A stretch of DNA of 53,770 nt from a virus (Duplodnaviria; Caudoviricetes): positions 1 to 53,770 of the IMG/VR virus record IMGVR_UViG_3300009684_001705; one strand, given 5' to 3'. The notes beneath the pieces are model-generated. The model worked only from the letters and a program-made list of their open reading frames with translations. It had not been told where the DNA came from and ran no database searches. Shown here piece by piece: positions 16,313 through 25,832 of this stretch; the stretch's first letter is position 1, and each line of letters begins with the position of its first letter. The position numbers were made by a program, and so were the translations under genes.

Positions 16313-16359
16313 AATTATCTCCTAAATTAGTTGAATCATATACTCGTATATATGCAATG

Positions 16360-16779
16360 TTACAACGTAATTTGTGCATTTCTCAAAACAATTTCATCAT
16401 GTGACTTTTTCAATACGCCAGCAATATCTGGTGGCGTCCAACCTTCGGGCTTTTGTACCTTACCATCCGCACGACGAAGAACCTTACCATCAACTAGCTT
16501 TGCCATATTTGAACGATGAACTTCTTCAAACACTTTATCTAAAGGAATACCATATGAAACGGCTGTTCCCAAAGCAATGTAGATAATATCAGCAAGAGCA
16601 TCTGCGATTCCTACAATGTCAGCATCTTCTTCAGCATCAAAATATTCATCAAACTCTTCTTCAAGAAGAGACATACGAAGTACACACTCATCAATACTTT
16701 CGGGAATAGCAGGAACTTCGCCAATACGTTGACCGAATGCCCGATGAAAATCTTTTACGTCATTAAACCAATTAGTCAT
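16360..16779 (-). CDS. MazG-like (all-alpha) dNTP pyrophosphohydrolase
   Basis: EEEFDE, DALADIIYI, EVHRSNMAK, DGKVQKP. Confidence 0.9.
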   Translation of the reverse strand: MTNWFNDVKDFHRAFGQRIGEVPAIPESIDECVLRMSLLEEEFDEYFDAEEDADIVGIADALADIIYIALGTAVSYGIPLDKVFEEVHRSNMAKLVDGKVLRRADGKVQKPEGWTPPDIAGVLKKSHDEIVLRNAQITL

Positions 16780-17326
16780 TAATCCACTCCGGAGGTTGGC
16801 GGTTTTTCCACTTATGCAATTTTGACTTACCTATTCTATAATAATTCCGATAGTTAGTCAAGGGTTCATTTGAAATAATATACTCATCAGCCATGCATGA
16901 TGGCATAGGAGTCCAATCATATTCATGCAGGTTCTTGGGTGGCGACTGAAGCATATACGAGATCTCACCATAACATTTATGCTGTTTTTCGTAACGATAC
17001 GTATACTCGCCCATCAATGCAAAAAAGTGATCAACGAGCCAAGTATAATTTTCAATAGAATTACGGCACCAGACAGCAGAAGGATGATTGATATGAGTCG
17101 CTGCATACAAAACTGAATCTCTTGAATCATCAAGAACCCAAGCTTTGGTTTTGCGAGCGGTTTTCTTTTCTAAATTAACTTTGACGCCTTCTACCTGACG
17201 ACCGTCAAGAACACGATGTGCTGTCGAGAGCAACTGTGCACTCTCGAGGATCATCTTAACCACATGCTTATCAACCATCCATTCGGCAGCTTGAACGGGA
17301 TCATGATCAATATAGAAAATATTCAA
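16772..17326 (-). CDS. pyrimidine-dimer DNA glycosylase-like (Pyr_excise family) protein
   Basis: MNIFY.D..P..AA..DKHVVKMILESAQLLSTAH, H.NHPS..W. Confidence 0.8.
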   Translation of the reverse strand: MNIFYIDHDPVQAAEWMVDKHVVKMILESAQLLSTAHRVLDGRQVEGVKVNLEKKTARKTKAWVLDDSRDSVLYAATHINHPSAVWCRNSIENYTWLVDHFFALMGEYTYRYEKQHKCYGEISYMLQSPPKNLHEYDWTPMPSCMADEYIISNEPLTNYRNYYRIGKSKLHKWKNRQPPEWIND

Positions 17327-17327
17327 T

Positions 17328-17813
17328 TTACGCTCCGTTTTGTTTCCAGCGCTTCATGGCCTGTTCCCGATGGAACTTATTTGCTCTCTGATAATAAACT
17401 ACGCCATCCAGATGATCTAGTTCATGCTGGAAAATACGTGCTGACAAACCAGTAAACTGCTTAGTCAAAGTGTCTCCATTCGGTATCTGAAACCGAACCT
17501 TGATATGTTGCGACCTCTTTATCTTAACTAAAAGACCTGGAAAAGTCAAGCACCCTTCTTCGAGGACAATCTGATCAGTGCCAGGCATAACAATCCTAGG
17601 ATTAAAACAAACAAAGTTCTCAGGTGCGGCACGCATAGCAAAAATGCGATATCCAACACCAACCTGATTTGCTGCCAAACCAAGACCATTTTTTTCATAC
17701 ATAAACTTAACTAGATTTTGTGAAAATTCAATAGGGTCAAATGGTGGGTTTAAAAAATCAAAAAGTTTACATGTTGTCTTTAAAATAATATCGTCGCTTT
17801 TAACTAATTCCAT
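17328..17813 (-). CDS. def: peptide deformylase
   Basis: GLAANQVG, EGCL, QHELDHLDG. Confidence 0.97.
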   Translation of the reverse strand: MELVKSDDIILKTTCKLFDFLNPPFDPIEFSQNLVKFMYEKNGLGLAANQVGVGYRIFAMRAAPENFVCFNPRIVMPGTDQIVLEEGCLTFPGLLVKIKRSQHIKVRFQIPNGDTLTKQFTGLSARIFQHELDHLDGVVYYQRANKFHREQAMKRWKQNGA

Positions 17814-17847
17814 AGTATTTCCTTCACCAGTGTCTTATTAAGTTTTA

Positions 17848-18498
17848 TCATGTTTCTCGTAAAATAAGATCGAAATTAATGATACAACGATAATTAATCG
17901 TTGGTTGACTTGAACAATGATATCTACTTCCATCAAAAAACACCATACGACCACGTTGTGGAGTTACTCTCTGGTGTTCTGTTAATGCTACTCCTACCGA
18001 ACCACCAACAGCATCATTGCTGGTTTGGTCGTATATAATAGTATCACCATCAGATCCATTACAATAATAGATACAAGCAATATGCTTCATCTCTTTTGGA
18101 AGATCTACATGAATACCATTATGCTCTTTCTTATATTGAGGAGCCATTGGTATTTGCAAAAACGCTCGTGTATAATGGACTTCTTTAACTTCAAGGCCGA
18201 AACTATAAAATTTTGGCTGGAAAATATTATTTACAATGGGTAGATAATTGGGAGATCGTTTTTGAATATCAGGATGTTTCAGAACATGAACGAAACCATG
18301 AGAAGGATATGAATGATTATTTACGCCACTAACATCGTTTAGAAATTTCCAATCAGACGCCATAATTGAATCATGTACTAGCTTCTGTTCGTTTTCGTTC
18401 AAAAATTTATCGACGATTTTTGTCTCAAACATTTTATTTTTCATAATTGTTTCGTACATTATATCGTACGTATCATACCATACTTCTTTTTCGGTCAT
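17848..18498 (-). CDS. 2OG-Fe(II) oxygenase
   Basis: HVD, IYYCNGSDGDT, FDGSRYH, RCIINF. Confidence 0.85.
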   Translation of the reverse strand: MTEKEVWYDTYDIMYETIMKNKMFETKIVDKFLNENEQKLVHDSIMASDWKFLNDVSGVNNHSYPSHGFVHVLKHPDIQKRSPNYLPIVNNIFQPKFYSFGLEVKEVHYTRAFLQIPMAPQYKKEHNGIHVDLPKEMKHIACIYYCNGSDGDTIIYDQTSNDAVGGSVGVALTEHQRVTPQRGRMVFFDGSRYHCSSQPTINYRCIINFDLILRET

Positions 18499-20201
18499 GC
18501 TATCCTCGAGAAATTTTTATGTTTTTCAAACACAATGCATCGATCGAACTTATCCTGAAGCTGATCACCCTTATGACTTATTATAAATGTATTCGTGTCT
18601 GAAGTCAAGCTTTTTATTACCTTCAGGAACTCTTCTGTGCCATTAGAGTCAAGAGAGCTATCAAACACCTCGTCCATGATAAGAAGGTTGGTATTGATAC
18701 TATTACGCAGTTTGGCCACCGCTCTCCATGTGAACAGGATCGCGAGATCGATTCGCATTTTCTCTCCTTCCGAGAAAGAAGCGTAGGAGAATTCATCACG
18801 ATATCTTGATTTGATTGTCTCATTAAAATTCTCGTCAAGTTCAAACTGACACATAAACTCCATGGAAGAAAGATACTTGTTGATCAATTTATTAATCACA
18901 GGTATATATTGTTTGATAATTTTCGACTTAATACCACCATCCTTGAGCACAATACCTGCAGCGTTAAGAAGGTTTTTTTCATTATAAAGATCGTTATAAT
19001 TCGTTTCAATTTCTTTTAATTCGACTTCAAGATCGTTTATCTGAGCGCCGTCATGCGCTTTTGATTTTTTACTTAAATTTGATATTTCTTTTGTAAGTTC
19101 GTCGCGGTAGTCAACAAGAGAATTAATTTTTGTTTTGAGGCGATGAATTTCCATTTTTTCATTGTTTATTTGCGAATGAATCTCAAGAATTTTATCAAGA
19201 CTAGCGTTTGTTTCGTCATATTGAGTTACTAGTTGGTTAAGACCAGTATCGATATTTTCTATTTCTCGAGTTTTAGTATCAATAGATATTTCACGAAAAT
19301 CTTTACTAATGGTCTGAGTACATGTAGGACAATTTTCATGTTTCTTAAAAAAATTAATATCATTGGAAATAATAGCACGTTTGGCTTCTATCTGATGTTT
19401 CAGAGAAGAAAGTTTCTGAACTTTCTTAGTAAGAGTCGTTTCATCACTAACGGATTCTTGAAGAGTTTTTAACTTATTTGATAATTCCCAATACTGATCA
19501 TTGATAACTGTAATATTATCATTAGTTTCATTAATCCGATTACGCTTCTCTTCGATCATTTGTTCATTATTACTTTGAAGTTCAAGAAGATGAACCTTCA
19601 TAAGTTTAATCTTTTCTTCAATAATTTTCTTATTATTAGAACATGTAACGATAGAGTCGTTGTTGATCATGATTTTGTTTTTGAGAAGCAAATTCATTGT
19701 CGTAAAAATTTGTAAATCAAGAAGGTCTTCAATAATATCGCGACGAGCAGCAGGAGACAACTGCATAAAGGACTGAAACGTTGCCGATCCAAGCACAACT
19801 ACCTGACAGAAAGACTTATGATTTACCTTAAGAATTTGTTTCTCTAAAATTTCCTGATAATCTTTCATCTCAGCTGATTGATTCATAAGATTACCATTCA
19901 TCCAAACTTCGAATATATTTGGTTTGATTCCACGAATGATTTTATAATTATTCGAATTAATAGAGAATTCTACTTCAACGACGAGCATCTTATTGGTGAT
20001 CGTATTGATCATCTGACCTTTATTAATTTTACGAAACGCTTTACCAAACAGAACAAATGATATAGCGTCAAGAATTGTAGACTTACCAGCTCCATTCTCG
20101 CCAACGATAATCGTCGACGTGTGAGTGTTCAAATCGATCTCTGTAAACATATTTCCTGTTGACAGAAGATTTTTCCATCGAAGTTTATTAAATAATATCA
20201 T
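18495..20201 (-). CDS. gp46: recombination endonuclease ATPase subunit
   Basis: GENGAGKS, CPTC zinc hook, FSEGE, DEVFD. Confidence 0.97.
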   Translation of the reverse strand: MILFNKLRWKNLLSTGNMFTEIDLNTHTSTIIVGENGAGKSTILDAISFVLFGKAFRKINKGQMINTITNKMLVVEVEFSINSNNYKIIRGIKPNIFEVWMNGNLMNQSAEMKDYQEILEKQILKVNHKSFCQVVVLGSATFQSFMQLSPAARRDIIEDLLDLQIFTTMNLLLKNKIMINNDSIVTCSNNKKIIEEKIKLMKVHLLELQSNNEQMIEEKRNRINETNDNITVINDQYWELSNKLKTLQESVSDETTLTKKVQKLSSLKHQIEAKRAIISNDINFFKKHENCPTCTQTISKDFREISIDTKTREIENIDTGLNQLVTQYDETNASLDKILEIHSQINNEKMEIHRLKTKINSLVDYRDELTKEISNLSKKSKAHDGAQINDLEVELKEIETNYNDLYNEKNLLNAAGIVLKDGGIKSKIIKQYIPVINKLINKYLSSMEFMCQFELDENFNETIKSRYRDEFSYASFSEGEKMRIDLAILFTWRAVAKLRNSINTNLLIMDEVFDSSLDSNGTEEFLKVIKSLTSDTNTFIISHKGDQLQDKFDRCIVFEKHKNFSRIA

Positions 20202-21265
20202 TCTACAGTCAATGCCTCTTGATATAATTCTATAATTTTACTCGTCAATTTAACTGTATCAACGTTTTTAATTTGTGTCGTTTCAAGATACTTTTTAAAA
20301 ATATCAATGGTTGATTCAGCTTCATTGACAATGTCACCATCATCTTCTAAATTAAGGTTTAAATGATCTTCTACAATTTGCATTTCAATAGGATTTTCTG
20401 ATTCAATATTTTCAATAAATTTATCGAACCACAGTGGGTTATTTTTATTTTGAACAATGACCTTAACAATTTTTTTTCGATACTTGCTGTAATCAAACAC
20501 TGTTTCTAGGAACTTGGTGTCCGTGTCATTGTACCAAACTTTTTCGAACATAGTATATGGATTTTTTATAAAAGTTAATTCCCTAGTTTCTGTATCAAAG
20601 ATATGAAAGCCTTTTGGATCGTCATAATCAGACCAAGTAAACTCTCCATGACTGCCCAAATAACAAATAGTACCATCAGAGGAACGGTGATGGTAATGAC
20701 CACTGAGAACAAGATCAAAACGGTTAAAGATATTACGATCATCGCCATGAGAAACCATAGAACCTCTATACATCTCAAATCCTGCAAGCTCAAGGTGTCC
20801 CATAACAATTTGGGCCGGTGTAGATTTAATTTTTTCAAGTGAAACTTTCCTATTCTCGTCGCATATCCATGGAAGTAGTAGTACTATTATATTATCAAAC
20901 TCTACCTCGACTGGATAGTTGGAGTATACCTTGAACGTAGGATACTTACCGACTACAAGCTCGCGAAGAGCGTTGATATCGTTTGTATTTTTAAAGTATG
21001 TGTCATGATTGCCAGCGATGAAATGAACGGCGAGATTACGATCAGATAAAGGTTTTAGAAAATCTTCGCGTAAACGTCTGGCGGTATTGATGTTAACATA
21101 CTTACGGCGATCAACAAAATCCCCGAGATGTACAACGGTAGAAATATGATTGTCATCAATGTAAGGAAAAAATGTCTTTTCGAGGAACATTTTGCTATTG
21201 TCCATAAAGGCGACATTATCATTTCGAACTCCCCAATGAGTATCTGTAATTAATGCAATTTTCAT
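20198..21265 (-). CDS. gp47: recombination endonuclease nuclease subunit
   Basis: DTHWG, GD..DRR, GNHD, GHYH. Confidence 0.97.
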   Translation of the reverse strand: MKIALITDTHWGVRNDNVAFMDNSKMFLEKTFFPYIDDNHISTVVHLGDFVDRRKYVNINTARRLREDFLKPLSDRNLAVHFIAGNHDTYFKNTNDINALRELVVGKYPTFKVYSNYPVEVEFDNIIVLLLPWICDENRKVSLEKIKSTPAQIVMGHLELAGFEMYRGSMVSHGDDRNIFNRFDLVLSGHYHHRSSDGTICYLGSHGEFTWSDYDDPKGFHIFDTETRELTFIKNPYTMFEKVWYNDTDTKFLETVFDYSKYRKKIVKVIVQNKNNPLWFDKFIENIESENPIEMQIVEDHLNLNLEDDGDIVNEAESTIDIFKKYLETTQIKNVDTVKLTSKIIELYQEALTVE

Positions 21266-21266
21266 A

Positions 21267-21485
21267 TTATCTACCGATACGAGTATTGGCTAACTTTGAT
21301 CTGGTATCTTTATCCATAAACGAACGTTTATCCCGAGAATAAGTGTTCAAAATCATTGTACAATAATCTCTAATTGCTTCAATTCGAAGTTCATAATTAT
21401 CTCTCTCGGTGCTCCGTAAATTAGGATCGTTGAGTTTGTGTGCAAGGTCAATCACATTGACCGGCAGCATATGTTCATTCTTCAT
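21267..21485 (-). CDS. hypothetical protein
   Basis: ORF between gp55 and gp47 with GAGG RBS. Confidence 0.65.
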   Translation of the reverse strand: MKNEHMLPVNVIDLAHKLNDPNLRSTERDNYELRIEAIRDYCTMILNTYSRDKRSFMDKDTRSKLANTRIGR

Positions 21486-22035
21486 CACATACCTCTTTAA
21501 TTTCCTCCAATATTGGAGTATCAGTAAATTTTTCAACACCACTTAGTTTACTATTTTTTTTGATGTTAGTCAACTTATTTTCATAGCTACGGACAACTTC
21601 ATCAGAATATTCGTTTGCTTTTAAATGAATATTTTCAGCATCTGTCCAAAGGTTATTCATTAAAAATGCGTTCTCGAAATTTTTATGCTTGATATATGTT
21701 TGTTTCTTTTCTTTATGAATACGGCGAATAAAAGCATTCCATGCTATCTGTGTAAAGTAAGCGAAAGGATTGTTTGTTTTATCAGGATTAAAATTATCAA
21801 CAGCAGCGATACAATCTATGATGCCATCAGAGATCATGTCCTGCTTATATGTATATCCTGAAAAATTAGGTTTCTTTGCTAAATTATTACAAATTAAAAG
21901 AATAGACTGTCCGATATAATTTGTAACCTGTGGCTTGGGTTTATCTTCTCGTTTCGAGATCTCAAGCTTCGTTCTGTGTTCAACCATCGAGGTATAAAGT
22001 GTTTTATTATTAATATAATTCTTTGCTTTCGCCAT
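21475..22035 (-). CDS. gp55: late transcription sigma factor
   Basis: YINNK, PNFSGYTYKQDMISDG, NPFAYFTQI. Confidence 0.95.
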   Translation of the reverse strand: MAKAKNYINNKTLYTSMVEHRTKLEISKREDKPKPQVTNYIGQSILLICNNLAKKPNFSGYTYKQDMISDGIIDCIAAVDNFNPDKTNNPFAYFTQIAWNAFIRRIHKEKKQTYIKHKNFENAFLMNNLWTDAENIHLKANEYSDEVVRSYENKLTNIKKNSKLSGVEKFTDTPILEEIKEVCDEE

Positions 22036-22045
22036 AATTAATTCC

Positions 22046-22073
22046 TTGACTTTTTCTGTAGAACGGGTATAAT
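22046..22073 (+). promoter_or_regulatory. plus-strand sigma70-type promoter facing into uvsW (antisense)
   Basis: TTGACT-16 nt-TATAAT, matching the other promoters of this phage. Confidence 0.6.
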
Positions 22074-22100
22074 CACTATGTGGTGTGTGAATGAACAGTA

Positions 22101-23549
22101 CTACTGATTGATTGCTACTTTATAGATCTTGTATGGAAACTTCTCCTCATTATAGATCTTAATGCGCTCCATAAAGTGGAGCAGTGTAAAGTTCTTCTTT
22201 GTTTTCCAAGACATATCATCAGATATGTCATATAAGGTTGACTCTGTCTTTGTCTCTGACCTACGAAGACCACGACCAATAGACTGAAGGTTACGTATAC
22301 GAGACTTAGTCGGTGAAGAAAAGATTACGTTATGAAGATTCTTAATATTGATACCTGTCGAGAACGTGCCATACGAAGCAACGATGATAGCATCAGATTG
22401 AGTTTCCACAATCTTTCTGATCTCTTCTCTTTCATCAGCGTCAACAGATCCAGAAACATAATGCACCGGACGATCTCCAGCTTCTTTTTTAAGAGTTTCA
22501 AATAGACCCTTACCATGTTTATCAACGAACTGGAACAGCAACAGAGTGTTTCCTTCAAGAGATAATGCGAGATTACGAACGAAACGATTACGTGCCTCGA
22601 GTCGAACGATATAATCCATTTCTCCCTGATAATTCATCTTAGAAACGAGCTGACGAATTTCATCGGAGTATGACAGAACGATTGCTTTGATTTTAAAATC
22701 CGCAGCATACTTATTTTCGATAAGCTCGGAAGTAGTAGTGACAACACGAACAGTGCCGAATAGCCCTTCAAGTACGAGCTTATTAGTCGAAGTACCATCA
22801 AGAGTTCCGGTAAATCCGAAACGATACTTACATTTATCTAACTTAGTCATGATAGTTATAAGAGACTTTGCCTTAAATAAATGCGCCTCGTCGCCTATTA
22901 CCACATCAAACTGTTCGAAATATTTTTTATCCATTTTATATATGGACTGCCATGTGGAAATTGTGATAGGTTTATTCGTTTGTTTATCTTGCCCTGCATA
23001 TATTCTGTGAACGAACTTATCAGATTCAAAACCATAGTCGGCAAAATCAGAAGCAAGCTGACTAACCAAAGAAGTAGTTGGGACAATAATAAGAGTACGA
23101 GCACTATAATACCTCATTAATAGATAGATAATAAAAGATTTGCCTGATGAAGTTGGGGAAAGTAAAAGAGCTCTACGTTCACGAACAGCATGGACAAAAG
23201 CTTCCATCTGGTAGTCACGTGGCTTCATAGTTGGTGCAAGCTTATCAACGAAATCTTTTGCCTCTTTAAGCGAAAACTCGTCCGAACTAAGGTCATTAGT
23301 ATAATCAACAACATAGTTTCTTGAACGACAAAACTCTTCAACATAAGAGTTTAGGCCACCATAAAGGGTGCATGATAAAAGATTAAATAGACGAATTTTA
23401 CCGTCCCAAACTTTATTTTGAAACGCTGGCATAAACTTTGCGCCAGGAACATCGAAAGTGAAGTACTCATTAAGCTCATATGCGATTGCTGGATCGCAAT
23501 GAATTTTATTATATACTTCGTTTAATTTTTCAATATTAACAGTATCCAT
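22101..23549 (-). CDS. uvsW: RNA-DNA/DNA helicase UvsW
   Basis: RDYQ, SGKS, DEAH, QSIGRGLR. Confidence 0.97.
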   Translation of the reverse strand: MDTVNIEKLNEVYNKIHCDPAIAYELNEYFTFDVPGAKFMPAFQNKVWDGKIRLFNLLSCTLYGGLNSYVEEFCRSRNYVVDYTNDLSSDEFSLKEAKDFVDKLAPTMKPRDYQMEAFVHAVRERRALLLSPTSSGKSFIIYLLMRYYSARTLIIVPTTSLVSQLASDFADYGFESDKFVHRIYAGQDKQTNKPITISTWQSIYKMDKKYFEQFDVVIGDEAHLFKAKSLITIMTKLDKCKYRFGFTGTLDGTSTNKLVLEGLFGTVRVVTTTSELIENKYAADFKIKAIVLSYSDEIRQLVSKMNYQGEMDYIVRLEARNRFVRNLALSLEGNTLLLFQFVDKHGKGLFETLKKEAGDRPVHYVSGSVDADEREEIRKIVETQSDAIIVASYGTFSTGINIKNLHNVIFSSPTKSRIRNLQSIGRGLRRSETKTESTLYDISDDMSWKTKKNFTLLHFMERIKIYNEEKFPYKIYKVAINQ

Positions 23550-24106
23550 TATGCTCTCATTTTACAATTATCAAAGTGCCATCTTAACATACTAGAACCT
23601 TTTCCAATTTTATTGCAATGTGGACATGTTCTTTCTATAGAAGCAATGTTTTTTAATAATGGATTAGGTAAACCTTTATTCCATGCTTTTTGTTTGCCTT
23701 TTAAACCCTTATTCCAAGGATTTTTCTCTTTCATTCTTTCTGAATGTTTTAAAGCTGCATTTTTTTGTTTTTCTGTTCTTTTTTCTCCTTTTAATAAATT
23801 AGTAGGAGAAACTTTACCAGTTCTAATTGGAGGAGATCCACCTCCAATTGTAGAATTATAACACATAGGATTTTTAATCATTTCTATACTAACAAGTTTA
23901 GATTCAAATATCAAAGCTTCTGATCTATCGTTAAAAAATGATATTATTTCTTTTTTAAAATTTTCTATTCCATATTTTTTAATGGCGTTTTTCAAACCAT
24001 TACCCGAACCTAAGTAACCGTCTTCTAAATTTTCTGTAGAATGGACACCATAATAATATTTGTTATTTTTAATATTTGTTGTTTTATAGATTATATGAAA
24101 AATCAT
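23549..24106 (-). CDS. free-standing GIY-YIG (Seg-like) homing endonuclease
   Basis: IIYKTTN..YYGVH..YLGSG; PWNKG repeats; CPHC..WHFDNC. Confidence 0.88.
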   Translation of the reverse strand: MIFHIIYKTTNIKNNKYYYGVHSTENLEDGYLGSGNGLKNAIKKYGIENFKKEIISFFNDRSEALIFESKLVSIEMIKNPMCYNSTIGGGSPPIRTGKVSPTNLLKGEKRTEKQKNAALKHSERMKEKNPWNKGLKGKQKAWNKGLPNPLLKNIASIERTCPHCNKIGKGSSMLRWHFDNCKMRA

Positions 24107-24141
24107 AGAAATTCCTCCATAATCTATTTAGGTAAAAGCTG

Positions 24142-24579
24142 CTATTGACCATTAATAAATTTTTGAAAGTCGATAGCTGCTTTAATATTGAATCCACGAT
24201 TAACTAATGATTTGATAATTGATTCGATAAAATCGATTTTTTCGTTCTGAATACCAATTTTAAGAGACAATTTAACAATATCTCGATCGGCGTCCATGTA
24301 CATTGGAATATCAGACTTTAGGATTAATCCTTTGGCGGGCATTACCCAACCTTTTTCTTTGGTCTCTTCGTTAGGACCCTGAGTATAAAACTCATATTTG
24401 TCTAACTTTAACTGTTTCATTTCAGCATCGTATTGACGAAGAAGAAGTCTTTCACCAATATACATTTGATAATATTTGTGATGAAGCTTTGGTATTTTAA
24501 GAACTTCATCACCAAGCTCAGTACGGTCGATATCCGAATCTTCTTTCCACTGTGTAAAAATATCTTCTATCTTCATCAT
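24142..24579 (-). CDS. uvsY: recombination mediator UvsY
   Basis: W..DS.ID..IPKLH.KY..R.FNIK.AIDF.KF. Confidence 0.92.
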   Translation of the reverse strand: MMKIEDIFTQWKEDSDIDRTELGDEVLKIPKLHHKYYQMYIGERLLLRQYDAEMKQLKLDKYEFYTQGPNEETKEKGWVMPAKGLILKSDIPMYMDADRDIVKLSLKIGIQNEKIDFIESIIKSLVNRGFNIKAAIDFQKFINGQ

Positions 24580-24604
24580 CTCTCCTTCAAAAATATTATA
24601 TTAT

Positions 24605-24633
24605 ATAATACTATACTTTTAGGAAAAAGTCAA
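24605..24633 (-). promoter_or_regulatory. sigma70-type promoter for uvsY/uvsW
   Basis: TTGACT-17 nt-TATTAT. Confidence 0.65.
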
Positions 24634-25154
24634 GGAATTTTATTAATGTCATAGTAAGTATATTTGAAAACTGCAGAAGCTTCGATATAATTGACGTCTG
24701 AATCGATAGTGTTGAAGTTGGCACCAGTCAGGCTTACTGGGAATGCATCGACATAAACAATTTCATAATTTGCTTGTTTAGTACTTGTCAAAACGATCAG
24801 CGATATATCAGAATAGATACCATCTCCAGATGCAATTGGTTTATTTTCGATAGTTTTGTATTGATCAAAATTTTGTGGTTTACCAAGAGACTTGAGCCAA
24901 TTATGAATTTCTAGATAATTTTGAAGCGCCTCATCAACCTTAAAGGTTATGCTAAGAGTTCCATAATTAATATGTTCGCCTGGATATGGAATTTTGACAA
25001 AAGGATTTGGAGATGTTGCTTCTTGAAGCGTAATGTCTGCGATGTTAACTTTCTGAATAAAAAAGTTAACATGAGGCGCTTTCTTAATTTGAAAACGAAA
25101 ATTAAGTGGTGATAAAAAGTTTTTATTACTAGGTGTATTATCAATAGCTGACAT
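24630..25154 (-). CDS. gp3: tail completion / sheath stabilizer
   Basis: NFLSPLNFRF, YG.L.ITFKVDE..NY.EIHNW, AFPVSL. Confidence 0.9.
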   Translation of the reverse strand: MSAIDNTPSNKNFLSPLNFRFQIKKAPHVNFFIQKVNIADITLQEATSPNPFVKIPYPGEHINYGTLSITFKVDEALQNYLEIHNWLKSLGKPQNFDQYKTIENKPIASGDGIYSDISLIVLTSTKQANYEIVYVDAFPVSLTGANFNTIDSDVNYIEASAVFKYTYYDINKIP

Positions 25155-25255
25155 CAATATTTTCCTTATTATATGTACCATCTGTTTTTTTAAAGATGAT
25201 AGTTTGAGAGTAAACAGATGTTATCATTATTAGGAGTGCAAATAATATTTTAATA

Positions 25256-25669
25256 TTAAAAATCTCTAGATTTTTTTAATTCGTCTGGATCTTTTATTTT
25301 GGCATTTTCAAGATCATCATGACTAAGAGTATGTGTTTTTATTGTTTTAGCGCCAGCCCAATGTTGTTTTGCTACTCTATGCGAACCATCTATTATCCAA
25401 CCGTCTGGGTGTAACATTACCGGATGTTGCGTATCGGCTTTCATTGTTCTTTCTTTAAAAGAATCGCTGGGGTTTTTTAAATTATCAGCAAAATTACCTT
25501 CTTTTGTACCTAAATCAGAATTGTTACTTATAACTTGGTGAATTGGCGTGTCATCTGGTTTTCTTTTTGAAACAGTTTGAACTAATTTATTAATACTATA
25601 ATGATTATCACCATCGCTATATGTGCCTGGTACAAATGTTTCTTTTATAAATTGTTTAAAGTTTTTCAT
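25256..25669 (-). CDS. candidate internal head protein with ParB/Srx-like domain
   Basis: N-terminal MKNFKQFIKE; HPVML..IIDGSHRVAK motif; late promoter upstream. Confidence 0.7.
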   Translation of the reverse strand: MKNFKQFIKETFVPGTYSDGDNHYSINKLVQTVSKRKPDDTPIHQVISNNSDLGTKEGNFADNLKNPSDSFKERTMKADTQHPVMLHPDGWIIDGSHRVAKQHWAGAKTIKTHTLSHDDLENAKIKDPDELKKSRDF

Positions 25670-25691
25670 TTTTACCCCCATCAATTACAAC

Positions 25692-25699
25692 TATTTATA
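25692..25699 (-). promoter_or_regulatory. T4-type late promoter
   Basis: TATAAATA just downstream of the gp23 terminator. Confidence 0.75.
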
Positions 25700-25703
25700 T
25701 GTG

Positions 25704-25731
25704 AAAAAAGGAGAGCCGAAGCTCTCCTTTT
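25704..25731 (-). terminator. gp23 terminator
   Basis: GGAGAGC-TTCG-GCTCTCC-TTTTTT. Confidence 0.9.
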
Positions 25732-25832
25732 AAAGTTTGCGGCTTGAAACCGTCTTAAAATATCTTGCCTTCATTGAGCAAGTTTAATACTATAGAACTT
25801 TTTTAGTAAATAATACTAAAAAAGTATAGTGA

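Noticed and set aside
23549-24106. Group I intron hosting the endonuclease (also 40348-41016)
   Set aside because: Flanking genes are complete and there is no space for an intron core; both are free-standing.
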